Positions 37,195 through 50,093 of a DNA stretch of 59,003 nucleotides are shown here, piece by piece. The stretch is from positions 37,055,417 through 37,114,419 of the forward strand of contig NC_057719.1 in assembly GCF_004010195.1 (NCBI RefSeq). Direction: 5' to 3'. Source of the DNA: Chiloscyllium plagiosum. Taxonomy: Eukaryota. The notes under the pieces are model-generated. The model was not told the origin of the DNA, ran no database searches, and was given only the letters and a program-made list of their open reading frames with translations. Position numbers and translations under genes: made by a program. Each line of letters begins with the position of its first letter. Positions within the stretch are counted from its first letter, which is position 1.

Positions 37195-38150
37195 CTTTTT
37201 TTATTCATATGTGGGATGTGGGCTTCTCTGGTTGGGCTAATATTTATTGCACATCCATAATTGCCCTAAAGTGAGCTGCTTTCTTGAACTAATCTTGTCT
37301 TTGGGGTGAATGAACAAATCATTGTCATGGTGTAGTTAGGGAAACAGTTTCAGGATTTTGACCCAACACCAGTCAGGAAGCTCTGTGACCTGGAGGGGCA
37401 CTTGCACATAGTGGAATTTTCATGCATCTGATTCTCTGGTCCTTTTTGCTGGGAGACATTCCAGGTTTAGAAGGCGCTGTTGAAACAGCCTTGGTTAGTA
37501 ACTGCAGTGTATCTTCTAGATGGTGCCATGGTACATTGGTGGTGAAGGGAGTGAACTTTGAAAGTGGGATACCAATTAAGCGGGCTGTTTTCTTGTGCAT
37601 AGTGAGAAGCTCCTTGAGTGTTGATGGAACTGCACCCATTCACACATCTGGAGGCAATGCATCATGCATCTTGGAGATTGTGGACAGGCTTTAGAGAGAC
37701 AGAAGATGAGTTATTCATCTCAGAATTCCCAAGCGCTGACATGTTCTTGTAGCCACAGTATTCAGTTCAGTTTCTGGTTAATGATATCCTGATAGTGGGG
37801 GCTTGCAGTGATGGTAATATCATTGAAGATCAAGGGCAAGGGTTAGCTTCTCTCTTGTTACAGATTGTTTTTGCCTGGCTGTTTTGAGACATGCATGTTA
37901 CTTGCTACCATCAGCCCAAACCTGGATATTGTCCAGAATTTGCTGTGTATGGACACGGACTGCTTCAGAGGAAATGAATATATTGAACATTGTGCAATCA
38001 TCAGTGACCACCCTCACTTCTGACCTTATGATAGAGGGAAGATCATTAATGATGTGATTGGGCCCAGGACATTCCCATGAGAAACACATGCAGGGATGTT
38101 TTTGAGCTGAGTGAATGACATCCAACAAGTTCCATAACCTTTACAGGATC
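37195..38150 (-). mobile_element. Old CR1/L2-clade LINE 3' fragment; related copy at ~45760-46340
   Basis: INDLPSIIRSEVRVVTDDCTMF (RT xADD region) in ORF 37898-38128; 3' tail shared with the SINE at 10415. Confidence 0.75.
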
Positions 38151-39264
38151 CAGTGCTTTCAGTTGCTTGCTGATATCCTATGCAGCAAGTCAAGTTAGTG
38201 AAGACTGACACCTGTGATGCTGGAAGAGCCCAAGATGAATCATCCACTCAGCACACCAAGGTGAAGATGGATGCATTCTGTAATTGCTACCTATCAATGG
38301 TAACAATGATTGGCAACAATCTGAAATATGATGATACATTAACACCTTAAAAAATGGATGCAAACATCTTTGCAAAGCGAGAAAGAAGTAAGCAGCAGCT
38401 GCTCAATGGTTATCTACTGCTGTCGAGGATCAATGCACAACTGTCATCATGTGCTCTTTCATCTACATCCTGTTTCTATTTACCTTCTGTTTTATTAGCA
38501 AACGGATTATGTTATGCAAAACAAAAGTTCTATTGTTCATCCGGTGACAGAATCAATCATTAGCACAGTTGACACAGCTCATACTATCTTAATCAACTGG
38601 CTTGAACTCTGGTGTCTTTGTTAGGAATAATTTTGCAGTACATTTGTTCAGCACTGCTCCCGTTCAATAGTATATGGTACTAATGATGTGGCCAACTGTT
38701 CTATAAGAGAATGAGGCTGTTCAAAGATCAGAACAGACTTTAACAACACAGCCAAATCCAGGAATGTTCTGTACAGACCCTTTAAAAATTAATGATTTTT
38801 TTCTAACATAATGTTACTTATTCAAAACTTGTGAGCAGAAGTTCTATATTTACAGATGTGTGAATTGTCAGCTCATTAAAAGAGAGAATCCACTGGCACT
38901 CATAATGTAATTATTTTGGTATCAAGGCCAGGCCAGCGTTAACTTCCAATTTCACTGCAGTGTCAAGTTTGGCATCCAGAAAGATTGCTTAGAGCAGACT
39001 TATTAAATTAGCCAGTCCTTTCCTGGGAACTTAACTTTCATGTAATGGATTCCAGTTGAGTCAGAAATCGATATAATCTACATTACTTCTCAGAATTATA
39101 AATAAGAAATAATTTGTTGTGATTTTTAAATAGCAATACTTTATATTAATGCCACTTACCTTGCACTGTGACTTCTTTAGCCTTACTGCCATAAATATTG
39201 CTAAATTAACTTATTAGATCCTTTTTCACAGTACAGATTAAAACATTCCCAGAGCACTACTGCA

Positions 39265-39568
39265 GACCCACTTGCTACAGAGGTGTCTTATAACACATCT
39301 GAACAGGTTCATCATAAATATCGACAAAGACTTAATGGGCTCTTATGGTGCAGTGGTAGTGTCCTTATCTCTAAGTCAGAAAGCCCAGGTTCAAGTTCAG
39401 CCCAGTTGACACCAACCATAAGCTATTTCAATATTATTTATAAACTACAAACAAAATATCATGGTTAAAGGAAATAGAAACAGAAAAAAAAATGGAAATA
39501 CTCTGGCAGCGTCTATGAAGAAAAAAAAACAGAGCTAAGGGACTGACCATTGTGATAGGAGTGTTAGT
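39265..39568 (+). repeat. Local duplicate of 40278-40651
   Basis: Near-identical colinear sequence; this copy lacks 63 bp (40419-40481) and 7 bp present in the other. Confidence 0.95.
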
Positions 39569-40019
39569 AAAAGAAAATTCCTAGTTCTTGCTTTTCATAA
39601 ATGATGCTGTTTCAGACATGTCTATTTGGTGAAGATTTTGATTATGTGTCTGATTATTACATTGAGTGGCTCAATGTCAAAATTTATTTGCTAAGGGTCC
39701 TGTCATATGATCACTTTCTCTGAAATCCATTACTAATAAGGATTCTGACAAACTACATAATGGTGTAAAGAGATGCTGCCTTATCAACACCATATGTATA
39801 TACTAATCAGTTCCAGATTCATTGACAAATTAAATCTGTATTCCAATTGTGACAGCAATGGTCACTGTATTCAAGAGATGGGTTTGTCCAGATAATTGTT
39901 CAGTTTGATCATCAATTCTCAGCCTTGTAATTTGTCTTGTAGTTAAACAGTCATTTGGCTTTAGCAATTACTGCTTTGTATCGATTACCTTGATTGATTA
40001 TCAAGTCTACAAAAACTTC

Positions 40020-40470
40020 TCGAGAGTTCTTGCAGTGGTAGTGGCCCTACCTCTGAGTCTAAAGGTCTGAGTACAAGTCCTACATGCCTCCCAATGTGTG
40101 CCATGAAATATCTGAACAGGTTGACTAAAAATATCTACAAAGACTTTCAGAGCGTCTTGTGATGCATTGGCAGTAGTACCCCCATTGTTGGGTTAGAAGG
40201 CAAAAGGTTGAAGTCCAATTTGTCAGGACGTGTCCTAACAGGTTGATTGGAGAAGGATATTTAGGGATTCTTGTAATGACCCACTTGCTTCAGAGGTGTC
40301 TTATAACACATCTGAACAGGTTCATCATAAATATCAACAAAGACTTAATGGGCTCTTATGGTGCAATGGTAGTGTCCTTATCTCTAAGTCAGAAAGCCCA
40401 GGTTCAAGTTCGGCCCAGCTGTTCCTGAGGCAATTAATAACATGGCCAAACAAGTTGATTAAAAAGGTTT
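40020..40470 (+). repeat. Head-to-tail array of ~4 short tRNA-derived SINE-like units
   Basis: Units share gcagtggtagt (A-box-like), ggttcaagt/caagtcc (B-box-like) and end in aacaggttga(t/c)taaaaa. Monomers at ~19145-19258, ~33727-33825 and ~54753-54868 (minus). Confidence 0.7.
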
Positions 40471-41332
40471 CCAAATCGCTTTTGACACCAACAATAAGCT
40501 ATTTCTATATTATTTATAAACTACAAACAAAATACCATGGTTAAAGGAAATCTGAAATAGAAACAGGAAAAAAAATGGAAATACTCTGGCAGCGTCTATG
40601 GAGAATAAAAAACAGAGCTAAGGGACTGACCATTGTGATAGGAGTGTTAGTTCCACCCTCTTGCATAAAGATCAGGCCATGCCTGCCTCTGCATGGCCCT
40701 TTAACTGGTTTGAGGCATGTCCTTAAGAGGTGTTGGAGATGAATATTTCCAAAGGGCAAGGCAGTGCGTGGTTGAACCTTGCAAGTTGCCATCAAAGATG
40801 TCCATCAGAGAGGCATCACTCCTAACCCAGCACCACGGCTCACAGGTAAAATCCTAGCTGCAGACGGAGGTCCTTAAATGGGTATTAATTGCTCCAAGGG
40901 TGATCAGGCATCCTGAAATCTCCCCTTCTGCTGATGAAATTGGAACAGAGGTGGGTGGATGCTCATAGGAACTGGGAATGACACTGCTGTGATGGCGCCC
41001 AATTTTATTGCCCCCTCCCATCTGCCCTTGTCCTACTCAGTTTCAAGCAAGCCATGACATCAGAATGATCTCCCCTTTTTCTCTATACGTATATTTGATC
41101 TGTACTTACTTTTAGCTTTTGCATCTGTATTTTAGCTATACCGAGAGCTTTCTTACTCAAGAATTTTCAGCAATAGCTTGTAATCAACTAAATTTTTAAC
41201 TGTTTAACATGAAATCTTTGCTGCTGGCTAGTCCCTATTTGGAAATACACCTGGTTGTGACACCTAACTATTCAAATGGATAATGTAAGGCAATATTGCC
41301 ACATGATGTTACATCTCCAAGGTGATTGAGGG

Positions 41333-41511
41333 ATTAGATTAGATTANNNNNNNNNNNNNNNNNNNNNNNNNNNNNNNNNNNNNNNNNNNNNNNNNNNNNN
41401 NNAACCGGAGCACCCGGAGGAAACCCACGCAGACACGGGGAGAACGTGCAAACTCCACACAGTCTGGCGCTGTGAGGCAGCAGTGCTAACCACTGTGCCA
41501 CCGTGCCGCCC
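41333..41511 (-). mobile_element. HE1-like V-SINE spanning an assembly gap, B-box segment deleted
   Basis: (attag)n tail, N run, V-domain and head. caaactccacacagtc joins directly to tggcgctgtgagg, removing the ggaattgaacc segment seen in the 44201 copy. Confidence 0.88.
41347..41402. other. Assembly gap (56 N)
   Basis: Run of n characters. Confidence 1.
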
Positions 41512-42031
41512 AAAAGGATATGACGCAAGTCTAGAAATTCTTCAGCAACTAAATCCCAGTGGCTGGTAAAACTGTTCCTCAATACCATTGAATTTGGATG
41601 TATTTCAAAAGTATGGCAACGGATGTATTTCCATACTCAAATTAGGCATGGTGACCTTGAAACTACAGGACAATATCACTCTTGTACATGATTTGTAAAT
41701 TCCTGGAACCAATCATCTTCTGCAGAAACAGCCCTCTTGTAAGTCAGTAATTCATGCAGAACAACTGGACTTTTGGTCCTTCTTGAATGTCCTTTAAGGA
41801 AGGAAAATGCCATACCTATCTGGTTTGGGCCGACAAATGGCACAAGATCCACAGTAATGTAATTGATTTTTAACATTGAGCCACTCAGTTCCAGAGCAAT
41901 TAGGGATAGACCACAAATGCTGCCATTGCAGGTGGTGCCTACATCCTCGGACAGAATATTGAAAAAAACTAATCTAACAGCAATTGTTGTGATCTGGTTT
42001 TGTCCTTGCAATGCAAAGATATCAGATACAG

Positions 42032-43648
42032 ATGGAATACAGGGAGAACTAGCCATTTGGATACAGAACTGGCTCAAAGGTCGAAGACAGAGGGTGATGG
42101 TTTCATGGGTACAATCGATATCAACAAGGCATACATTTATGAACCATCTGTCCCTCACATCACAATATTCCTGATTGTGTAGCTTTCCACAATTGCTTTT
42201 CAAGTGCCCAATCAATAATACACCAGTTGTGGTCTTAGCATCTTCAAGATACTCTCATAGCTTTCCAGATGTAATATAATTTTAGCCAGTATTATGAGGG
42301 GCATAGATAGGATAAATAGACAAAGTCTTTTCCCTGGGGTGGGGGAGTCCAAAACTAGAGGGCATAGGTTTAGGGTGAGAGGGGAAAGATATAAAAGAGA
42401 CCTAAGGGGCAACATTTTCACGCAGAGGGTGGTACGTGTATGGAATGAGCTGCCAGAGGATGTGAAGGAGGCTGGTACAATTGCAACATTTAAGAGGCAT
42501 TTGGATGGGTATATGAATAGGAAGGGTTTGGAGGGATATGGGCCGGGTGCTGGCAGGTGGGACTAGATTGGGTTGGGATATCTGGTCTGCATGGACGGGT
42601 TGGACCGTAGGGTCTGTTTCCATGCTGTATGACTCTATGACTCTATGATTGTTTTTCAGACTGGAGGCCTGTGACCAGTGGAGTGCCACAAAGATCGGTG
42701 ATGGGTCCACTACTTTTCATCATTTATATAAATGATTTGGATGTGAGCTTAAGAGGTATAGTTAGTAAGTTTGTAGATGACACCAAAATTGGAGGTGTAG
42801 TGGACAGTGAAGAAAGTTACCTCGGATTACAATGGGGTCTTGATCAGATGACCAATGGGCTGAGGAGTGGCAGACGGAGTTTAATCTAGATAAATGGGAG
42901 GTGCTACATTTTGGGAAAGTAAATCTTAGCAGCACTTACACACTTAATGGTAAGGTCCTATGGAGTGTTGCTGAACAAAGAGACCTTGGAGTGCAGGTTC
43001 ATAACTCCTTGGAAGTACAGTAGCAGGTAGATGGGATAGTGAAGAAGGTATTTGGTATGCGTTCCTTTATTGGTCAGAGTGTTGAGTACATGAGCTGGGA
43101 GGTCATGTTGCGGCTGTACAGGACATTGGTTAGGCCACTGTTGGAATATTGTGTGCAATTCTGGTCTCCTTCCTATCTGAAGGATGTTGTGAAACCTGAA
43201 AAGGTTCAGAAAAGATTTACAAGGTGTTGCCAGGTTTGGAGGATTTGAGCTATAGGGAGAGGTTGAACAGGCTGGGGCTGTTTTCCCTGGAGCGTCGGAG
43301 GCTGAGGGGTGACCTTATAGAGGTTTATAAAATCATGAGGGGCATAGATAGGATAAATAGACAAAGTCTTTTCTCTGGGGTGGGGAAGTCCAGAACGAGA
43401 GGGCAGAGGTTTAGGGTGAGAGGGGGAAAGGTATAAAAGAGACCTAAGGGGCAACATTTTCATGCAGAGGAAGCTAGTATAATTGCAACATTTAAGAGGC
43501 ATCTGGATGGATATATGAATAGGAAGGGTTTGGAGAGATATGGGCTGGGAGCTGGGAGGGACTAGACTGGGTTGGGATATCTGGTCGGCATAGACGAGTT
43601 AGACTGAAGGGTCTGTTTCCATGCTGTACATCTGTATGACTTTATGAC
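42032..43648 (+). mobile_element. HER1-like CR1 LINE interrupted at 42102-42648 by non-LINE DNA plus a second HER1 3' end
   Basis: GIQGELAIWIQNWLKGRRQRV (42032-42101) resumes at 42649 with TSGVPQRSVMGPLLFIIYINDL...FVDD. Two 3' tails, at ~42648 and ~43648. Confidence 0.9.
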
Positions 43649-44200
43649 CTGAAGAAATCCAAGATAAGCACAGCTTTACCAAATCTTACAAAATCCTGAG
43701 GGATGATGTGTGTGGAAGGACAGACATTGAAGCTCACAAACACCATTCCTCCTATGGTGATGCTAGGTAATAGATGGTTGTATGTCCACTTGACTGACAA
43801 AGCCAACTTGCTTCCATTCCTTCACAATACATTCTCATAAAGCTCAAAGCTTACACCATTGTACTTCATTACCTGGTATTGAACACTGGTATTCTACTTG
43901 CATATTTAAATGATTCTGTCCTTAAGCAACATTGAATCCACAATGAACAGCTAAACATCTTGGAGGACCCTTTATCAAACTAAAAGCACAAGTCAAAGCT
44001 CCAAACTAACAAGTTACTGAAACAGAATTGATGGAGAAAACCAACTGGTCTGGCAGCATCTGTGGACAGAAAGTTAATGCTTTGGGTCCAGTGACTCTCC
44101 TCAATGAAGAAATGGAAGAATTAAAACTCTCCGGTGTACAACTGTTCTCACCCAGAACAAGCCGCAACATGTACAATGACTTGATGTATGGTTTACAAAT

Positions 44201-44539
44201 TAGATTACTTAGATTAGATTAGATTACTTACAGTGTGGAAACAGGCCCTTCGGCCCAACAAGTCCACACCGACCCGCCGAAGCGTAACCCACCCATTCCC
44301 GTACATTTACCCCTTTACCTAACACTATGGACAATTTGGCATGGCCAATTCACCTGATGTCCACATCTTTGGACTGTGGGAGGAAACCGGAGCACCCGGA
44401 GGAAACCCACGCAGACACGGGGAGAATGTGCAAACTCCACACAGTCAGTCGCCTGAGTCGGGAATTGAACCCGGGTCTCTGGTGCTGTGAGGCAGCAGTG
44501 CTAACCACTGTGGCTAACCACTGTGCCACCGTGCCGCCC
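44201..44539 (-). mobile_element. HE1-like V-SINE (young) with 6-bp TSD and 13-bp internal duplication
   Basis: acaaat at 44195-44200 and 44540-44545; gctaaccactgtg repeated at 44500-44525. Confidence 0.95.
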
Positions 44540-45014
44540 ACAAATATTAAGAAAGCTTTGTGATGATGCTATCCTATTGCACAATTCCTATTGCAGTGAT
44601 TTGTTTTCCTTGTCTGCCAGTGAAAGGATGGCTGCTGCTGAAATTTTCATAAGAAATAAGGAAGAGAAAGCAATTTTAGAGATCTTCAAAACACAGACCT
44701 TAGAAGCAGAAAATCTCCTAATCTTTTAATACAAATATATTTTCTTGATGTATTTAATCCTATCCTATTTTCAAGCAGAAATTAAACCTAGTCACCTGTT
44801 TCATTAAAATGAAAACTGCACAGGAGCTATTTTAGGAAAATGCATGATCTGCAAGATAAAAGCAGCCTTGTTGTCTCAACTTTTAATCTACAATTTAAGT
44901 GCACAGAGACTATTTGTTAGTATTACTCTATGTTGAGAAATCGGTTATTCAGTTTTCACTCCTTATCATTACAAAATTAATAATTGGCTCTATACCATTT
45001 CAGTATAAAAATGT

Positions 45015-45355
45015 AGCCTGACAGTCCAGTGCAGAACTGAGGAAGTACTGGAATGCTTTACAAGAGATCTTAAACTGACAATCCTCTCTGCTCTCTCAGT
45101 TGGGATTAAAAGATCTTATGGTACTATTTCAAAAAGAAGCAGAGGAGCTCTCCCTGGTACACTGACCAATATTCATCAATGTAACCAAGTTAAACTACTT
45201 GGCTATTACTGTTTATATGGGAACTTGCTGTGTATAAAGTGTTTCCTATGTTAAAACGTCTGCGTCAAAAATATTCCATTGTCTGTAAAGTTCTTTATAA
45301 CATCCTAAGGTTGTGGATATTGCCATATATATAAAATTGCAGATGATTTCTTCTT
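45015..45355 (+). mobile_element. DeuSINE-like element (AmnSINE1/SacSINE1-type Deu domain)
   Basis: ccagtgcagaactgaggaagtactg...ctgctctctcag...aaaagatcttatggtactatttc...gaagcagaggagctctccctggt...ccaatatt matches the Deu domain as I recall it. Confidence 0.75.
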
Positions 45356-46469
45356 TCATGACTGGTTTAGATTAAGCGAATACTGAAGGAAGGGGGTCTT
45401 GCTAATTTTGTCTTTTCACAGATATAATTGTACTAAATAAACAGCCTCATGTAATAATGTCACAATGGAAATTCCATGCTAGCCAGAGACAGTTCAGTGT
45501 CAAACTACAATGTTGGGGCAGAGCACAGGAAGTTTTATTCTGCTTCTGACTAAAGCTATATTTGAATTGGAGCTGCACCTCCTGAAACCGTAAAAAATGT
45601 TTTATTAACCAAGACGTTAGTGATCAGAAAACCTCACCACAATAAGTGAAATTTTGTTTTTAACACTCTGGTTATAAAAACAGCCTAACTTATTTTTGGC
45701 AAGTTCTGAATTTTTTAAAAATGTGAGTAAAGCTGAATGATATTTTCATGATAATTCCTTTTTATTCTTCCCTGAAATCTGTGCATCACTGGCAAAGCCA
45801 ATATTTGTGCCAAACTGCCGTCAACAAAGGGGTGGTGAAGCACCTTCCTAAATCACCATAGTAATCTGATGCAGGCACATTTACCATGCTGTTAGGAGAG
45901 GAGATCCAGAATTTTGATCCAGTAATACTAATGGAATTAGTGATATTGCTCCAAGTCAGGCTGCTGTGTAGTTTGGATGGGAACATGCAGGTGCTGATGT
46001 TCCCATGTGCCTGTTTCTCTTGTTCATCTCAAGATTGTGGATATCACTATATATACACAAAATTGCAAATTCTTTCGTCTTTCATAACTGGTTTAGATCA
46101 AGTGAGTACTTAAATTTTGAAGGTGCAGTCAAAGAAGCCTTGATGAATTGTTGCAGTACATCTTGTAGACAGTACACACTTCTGCCATTGTGAATCGGTG
46201 GTATAGGGAATGGACATTTAAGATCGCAAATGTGGTGGCAGTCAAGTGGAGTGCCTGGATGGTGTTGAACCTCTTGCGCTATTGGGACCAAGCCAATGGA
46301 GGACATTTCATTACATTCCAGATTTATGTATTATGGATAGGTCATATGGAGTTTGGAGATGAGTTACAATTCCAGACATTTATTAATCAGTTGAATGTAA
46401 ATTCCACCAGCTGACATGTTAAGACTTGAACTGGTATTCTCCTGGATTATTTGTCCAATTATACTACCA

Positions 46470-46800
46470 TACATTCCTGGGCACCACATCATAGGAAGGA
46501 TGTGAATGCATTTAAGAGATTGCAGAAGAGATTTAGAAGAATGTTTTCAGGGATGAGAAACTTCAGTTATGAGGATAAATTGGAAAGGTTGGAACTGTTC
46601 TCTTTGGAGAGAAGGCGGCTAAATGGAGACTTTATAGATGTTTTCAAAATCATGAGTGACTTGGATATAGTAGATCAGGACAGACTGTTCCCACGCATAA
46701 AAGGATTGAGAATGAGAGGGCATTAAATCATGCTGTTCATTTGGACAGCCAGTGTTGACATGATGGGCCAAATGGCCTACTTCTATGCTTATATTCTTCC
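46470..46800 (+). mobile_element. CR1 LINE 3' fragment
   Basis: WAPHHRKDVNAFKRLQKRFRRM...LFSLERRRLNGDFIDVFKIM. Confidence 0.85.
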
Positions 46801-47260
46801 GTGAAGTACCCACTATCATCTCCCCCAGCAGCAAAAAAAGAGCAACTGACTTTTTGAAGAAGATTTATTTAGGAATCTGCATAACTGAAGCAGATTAAAA
46901 GTTACAGAAATGATACAAGGACAACCTATTTTCCATTTGCTAGTTGAAGCCAATGATGGCAGATGGCAATTAATAGCTATGTATGAATAATATTTATACA
47001 TCATAATTTATAATATAATCACATTAAATAAAAATCAGTCAGAAGTATTGGTGAAAGATGTTCAATTTTCACTTTGTAGCCTGAGTATCGGGGCAGTCAT
47101 GTTCAGTGACAACATGTCTCGCCCTCATGAACAAGAAAGCTCGCTGAATTGAGTTCTTATCAGATGTTTACAAGCTTCTCTGCAAATTGCAGGTCTTGAT
47201 GTTGAAGTCCTGCCTCATCAGGAGCTGCTGATCACTCAGAGGCTGGCAACATCTGAGTCT

Positions 47261-49135
47261 TAGAAATCAGAAGGGCAAAAAGGGGACATGAGATAGCTTT
47301 GGCAAATAGAATTAAAGAGAATCCAAAAGGGTTTTACAAATGCATCAAGAACAAAAGGGTAACGAGGGAGAGAATTGAGCCCCTCAAAGATCAGCAAGGC
47401 AGCCTTTGTGTGGAACCACAGAAAATGGGGCAAGATACTAAACGAGTATTTTGCATCAGTATTTGCTGTGGAAAAGGATATGGAAGATATAGACTGTAGG
47501 GAAATAGATGGTGACACCCTGCAAAATGTCCATTTAAAGAGGAGGAAGTACTGGATGTCTTGAAATGCATAAAGGTAGATAAATCCCCAGGACTTGATCA
47601 GGTGACCCAAGAACTCTGTGGGAAGCCAGAGAAGTGATCGCTGGGCCTCTTACTGAGATATTTGTATCATCGATAGTCACAGGTGAGGTGCCGGAAGACT
47701 GGAGGTTGGCTAACATGGTGCCATTGTTTAAGAAGGGTGGTAAGGACAAGCCAGGGAACTATAGACCAGTGAGCCTGATGTCAGTGGTGGGCAAGTTGTT
47801 GGAGGGAATGGACTAGATGTACATGCATTTGAAAAGGGAAGGACTGATTCAGGATAGTCAACATGGCTTTGTGCATGGGAAACTATGTCTCACAAACTTG
47901 ATTGAGTTTTTTGAAGATGTAACAAAGAGGATTGATGAGGGCAGAGCAGTAGATGTGATCTATATGGACTTTAGTAAGGCATTCAACAAGGTTCCCCATG
48001 GGAGACTGATTAGCAAGGTTAGATCTCATGGAATACAGGGAGAACTAGCCATTTGGATACAGAAATGGCTCAAAGGTAGAAGACAGAGTGGTGGTAGAGG
48101 GTTGTTTTTCAGACTGGAGGCCTGTGACCAGTGGAGTGCCACAAGGATTGGGGCTGGGATCAATACTTTTCATAATTTATATAAATGATTTGGATGTGAG
48201 CATTAGAGGTATAGTTAGTAAGTTTGTAGATGACACCAAAATTAGAGGTGCGGTGGACAGCAAAGAAGGTTACCTCAGACTACAACAGGATCTTGACCAG
48301 ATGGGCCAATGGGCTGAGAGTGGCAGATGGAATTTAATTTAGATAAATGTGAGTTGCTGCATTTTGGGAAAGCAAATCTTAGCAGGACTTATACACTTTC
48401 TGGTAAGGTTCTCGGAAGTGTTGCTGAACAAAGAGACCTTGGATTGCAGGGTCATAGCTTCTTGAAAGTGGCGTCGCTGCTAGATAGGATAGTGAAGAAG
48501 GCATTTGGTATGCTTTTCTTTTTTTGGTCAAGTATTGAGTAGAGGAATTGGGAGGTCATGTTGCGGCTGTACAAGACATTGGTTAGGCCACTGTTGGAAT
48601 ATTGCGTGCAATTCTGGTCTCCTTCCTATCGGAAAGATGTTGTGAAACCTGAAAGGGTTCAGAAAGATTTATAAGGATGTTGCCAAGGTTGGAAGATTTG
48701 AGCTATAGGGAGAGATTGAATAGGCTGGGGCTGTTCTCCCTGGAGCGTCGGAGGTTGAGGGGTTACCTTATAGAGGTTTACAAAATCATGAGGGACATGG
48801 ATAAATTGACAAAGTCTTTTCCCTGGGGTCAGAGAGTCCAGAACGAGAGAGCATAGGTTTATGGTGAGAGGGGAAAGATATAAAAGAGACCTAAGGGGCA
48901 ACGTTTTCACACAGACGGTGGTACATGTATGGAATGAGCTGCCAGAGGAAGTGATGGAGGCTGGTACAATTGCAACATTTAAAAGGCATTTGGATGGATA
49001 TATGAATAGGAAGGGTTTGTAAGGATATGGGCTGGGTGCTGGCAGGTGGGACTAGATTAGGTTGGGATATCTGGTCAGCATGTACGGGTTGGACCGAAGG
49101 GTCTGTTTCCGTGCTGTACATCTCTATGACTCTAT
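47261..49135 (+). mobile_element. HER1-like CR1 LINE (1.9 kb, 5'-truncated, frameshifted)
   Basis: PEDWRLANMVPLFKKGGKDKPGNYRPVSL, QHGF, VDVIYMDFSKAFNKVPH, GVPQG and FVDD motifs; tail ctctatgactctat. Confidence 0.95.
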
Positions 49136-49798
49136 CATCATTGTAGATCTAATCTTCAGGAGATCCAACAGCAAGAAGCTAAGTCTCTTGCTTACAGGAT
49201 CAGCTGCTAGCGAGAATGGGGGATTGGCGGAGAGGTGAGTTAAAGGGTGGTAGGTAAGGGAAATGGATTGACCTTCAGCAGATGCTCCTTGCAACCCCTT
49301 GCCTTGGTCCCTAATTGGGCCAAGTGAAGGACCCAATCCACCAAAGTTGGGGGGTGGGGGGGCCTTGCCCTGGTTTTCTAACCCACAGAACTACTTTCCT
49401 TACTTGTTGGGAAGGCAGGCAATCAGGCTACTGATGAGGCCTTAAGTGGTCATTAATTGACCATGTAAAAGTTTTGAGTGCTAGTGAGTAAAGCAGGTCC
49501 CCAACTGACCATTTTGCTCAGCTGAGGCAGTGACAAGGGACAACCATTCCACTGATTTGCATTTCCCATTGTCATTCTCACCTCCTTCAGGGAAGGGAAA
49601 ATTGCACCCTTAATTTGGTTATTGAAGCTGCTACTTTCCTGTGAGTACAGAAGCTGAAATTATAATTTGTGACGGAGACTTTGAGACCAAGAAACACAGT
49701 GACGATTCTTACAGCAATTGACAAGGAAATTTCAAAATACACCACAGAATGAAACTGAACAAACTTTACTCAACTGTCATATTTATTAGCTTAACAGA

Positions 49799-50093
49799 AT
49801 CATAGAATTCCTACAGTGCAGAAAAAGGCCATTCCAGCCCATCTAATCTGCACCAACCCTCTGAAAAGCATCTCACCCAGACCCATACCCCACCCTACCC
49901 CCACATTTCTCATGGGGAATTGACCTAGCCTGCACATCTCTGGACTTGGATGGAAACTGCAGCACCAAGCAGAAACCCAGGCAGACACAGGGAGGATGTG
50001 CAAACTCCACACAGTCACCAGAGGTCAGAATCAAACCCGCCTCCTCAGTGCTGTGAGACAGCAGTGCTAACCACTGAGCCATCGCATTGCCAC
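49799..50093 (-). mobile_element. HE1-like V-SINE (older, diverged)
   Basis: V-domain (gatgtgcaaactccacacag) and head (gcagtgctaaccactgagcc) in reverse complement. Confidence 0.85.

Noticed and set aside
39283..40544. Paralogous small ORFs MSYNTSEQVHHKY as a duplicated peptide gene
   Set aside because: They arise from the local duplication of SINE-like DNA, use non-ATG (GTG) starts and have no coding signature.
41676..42215. 179-aa minus-strand ORF
   Set aside because: Runs antisense across SINE and LINE fragments; no recognisable domain or splice context.
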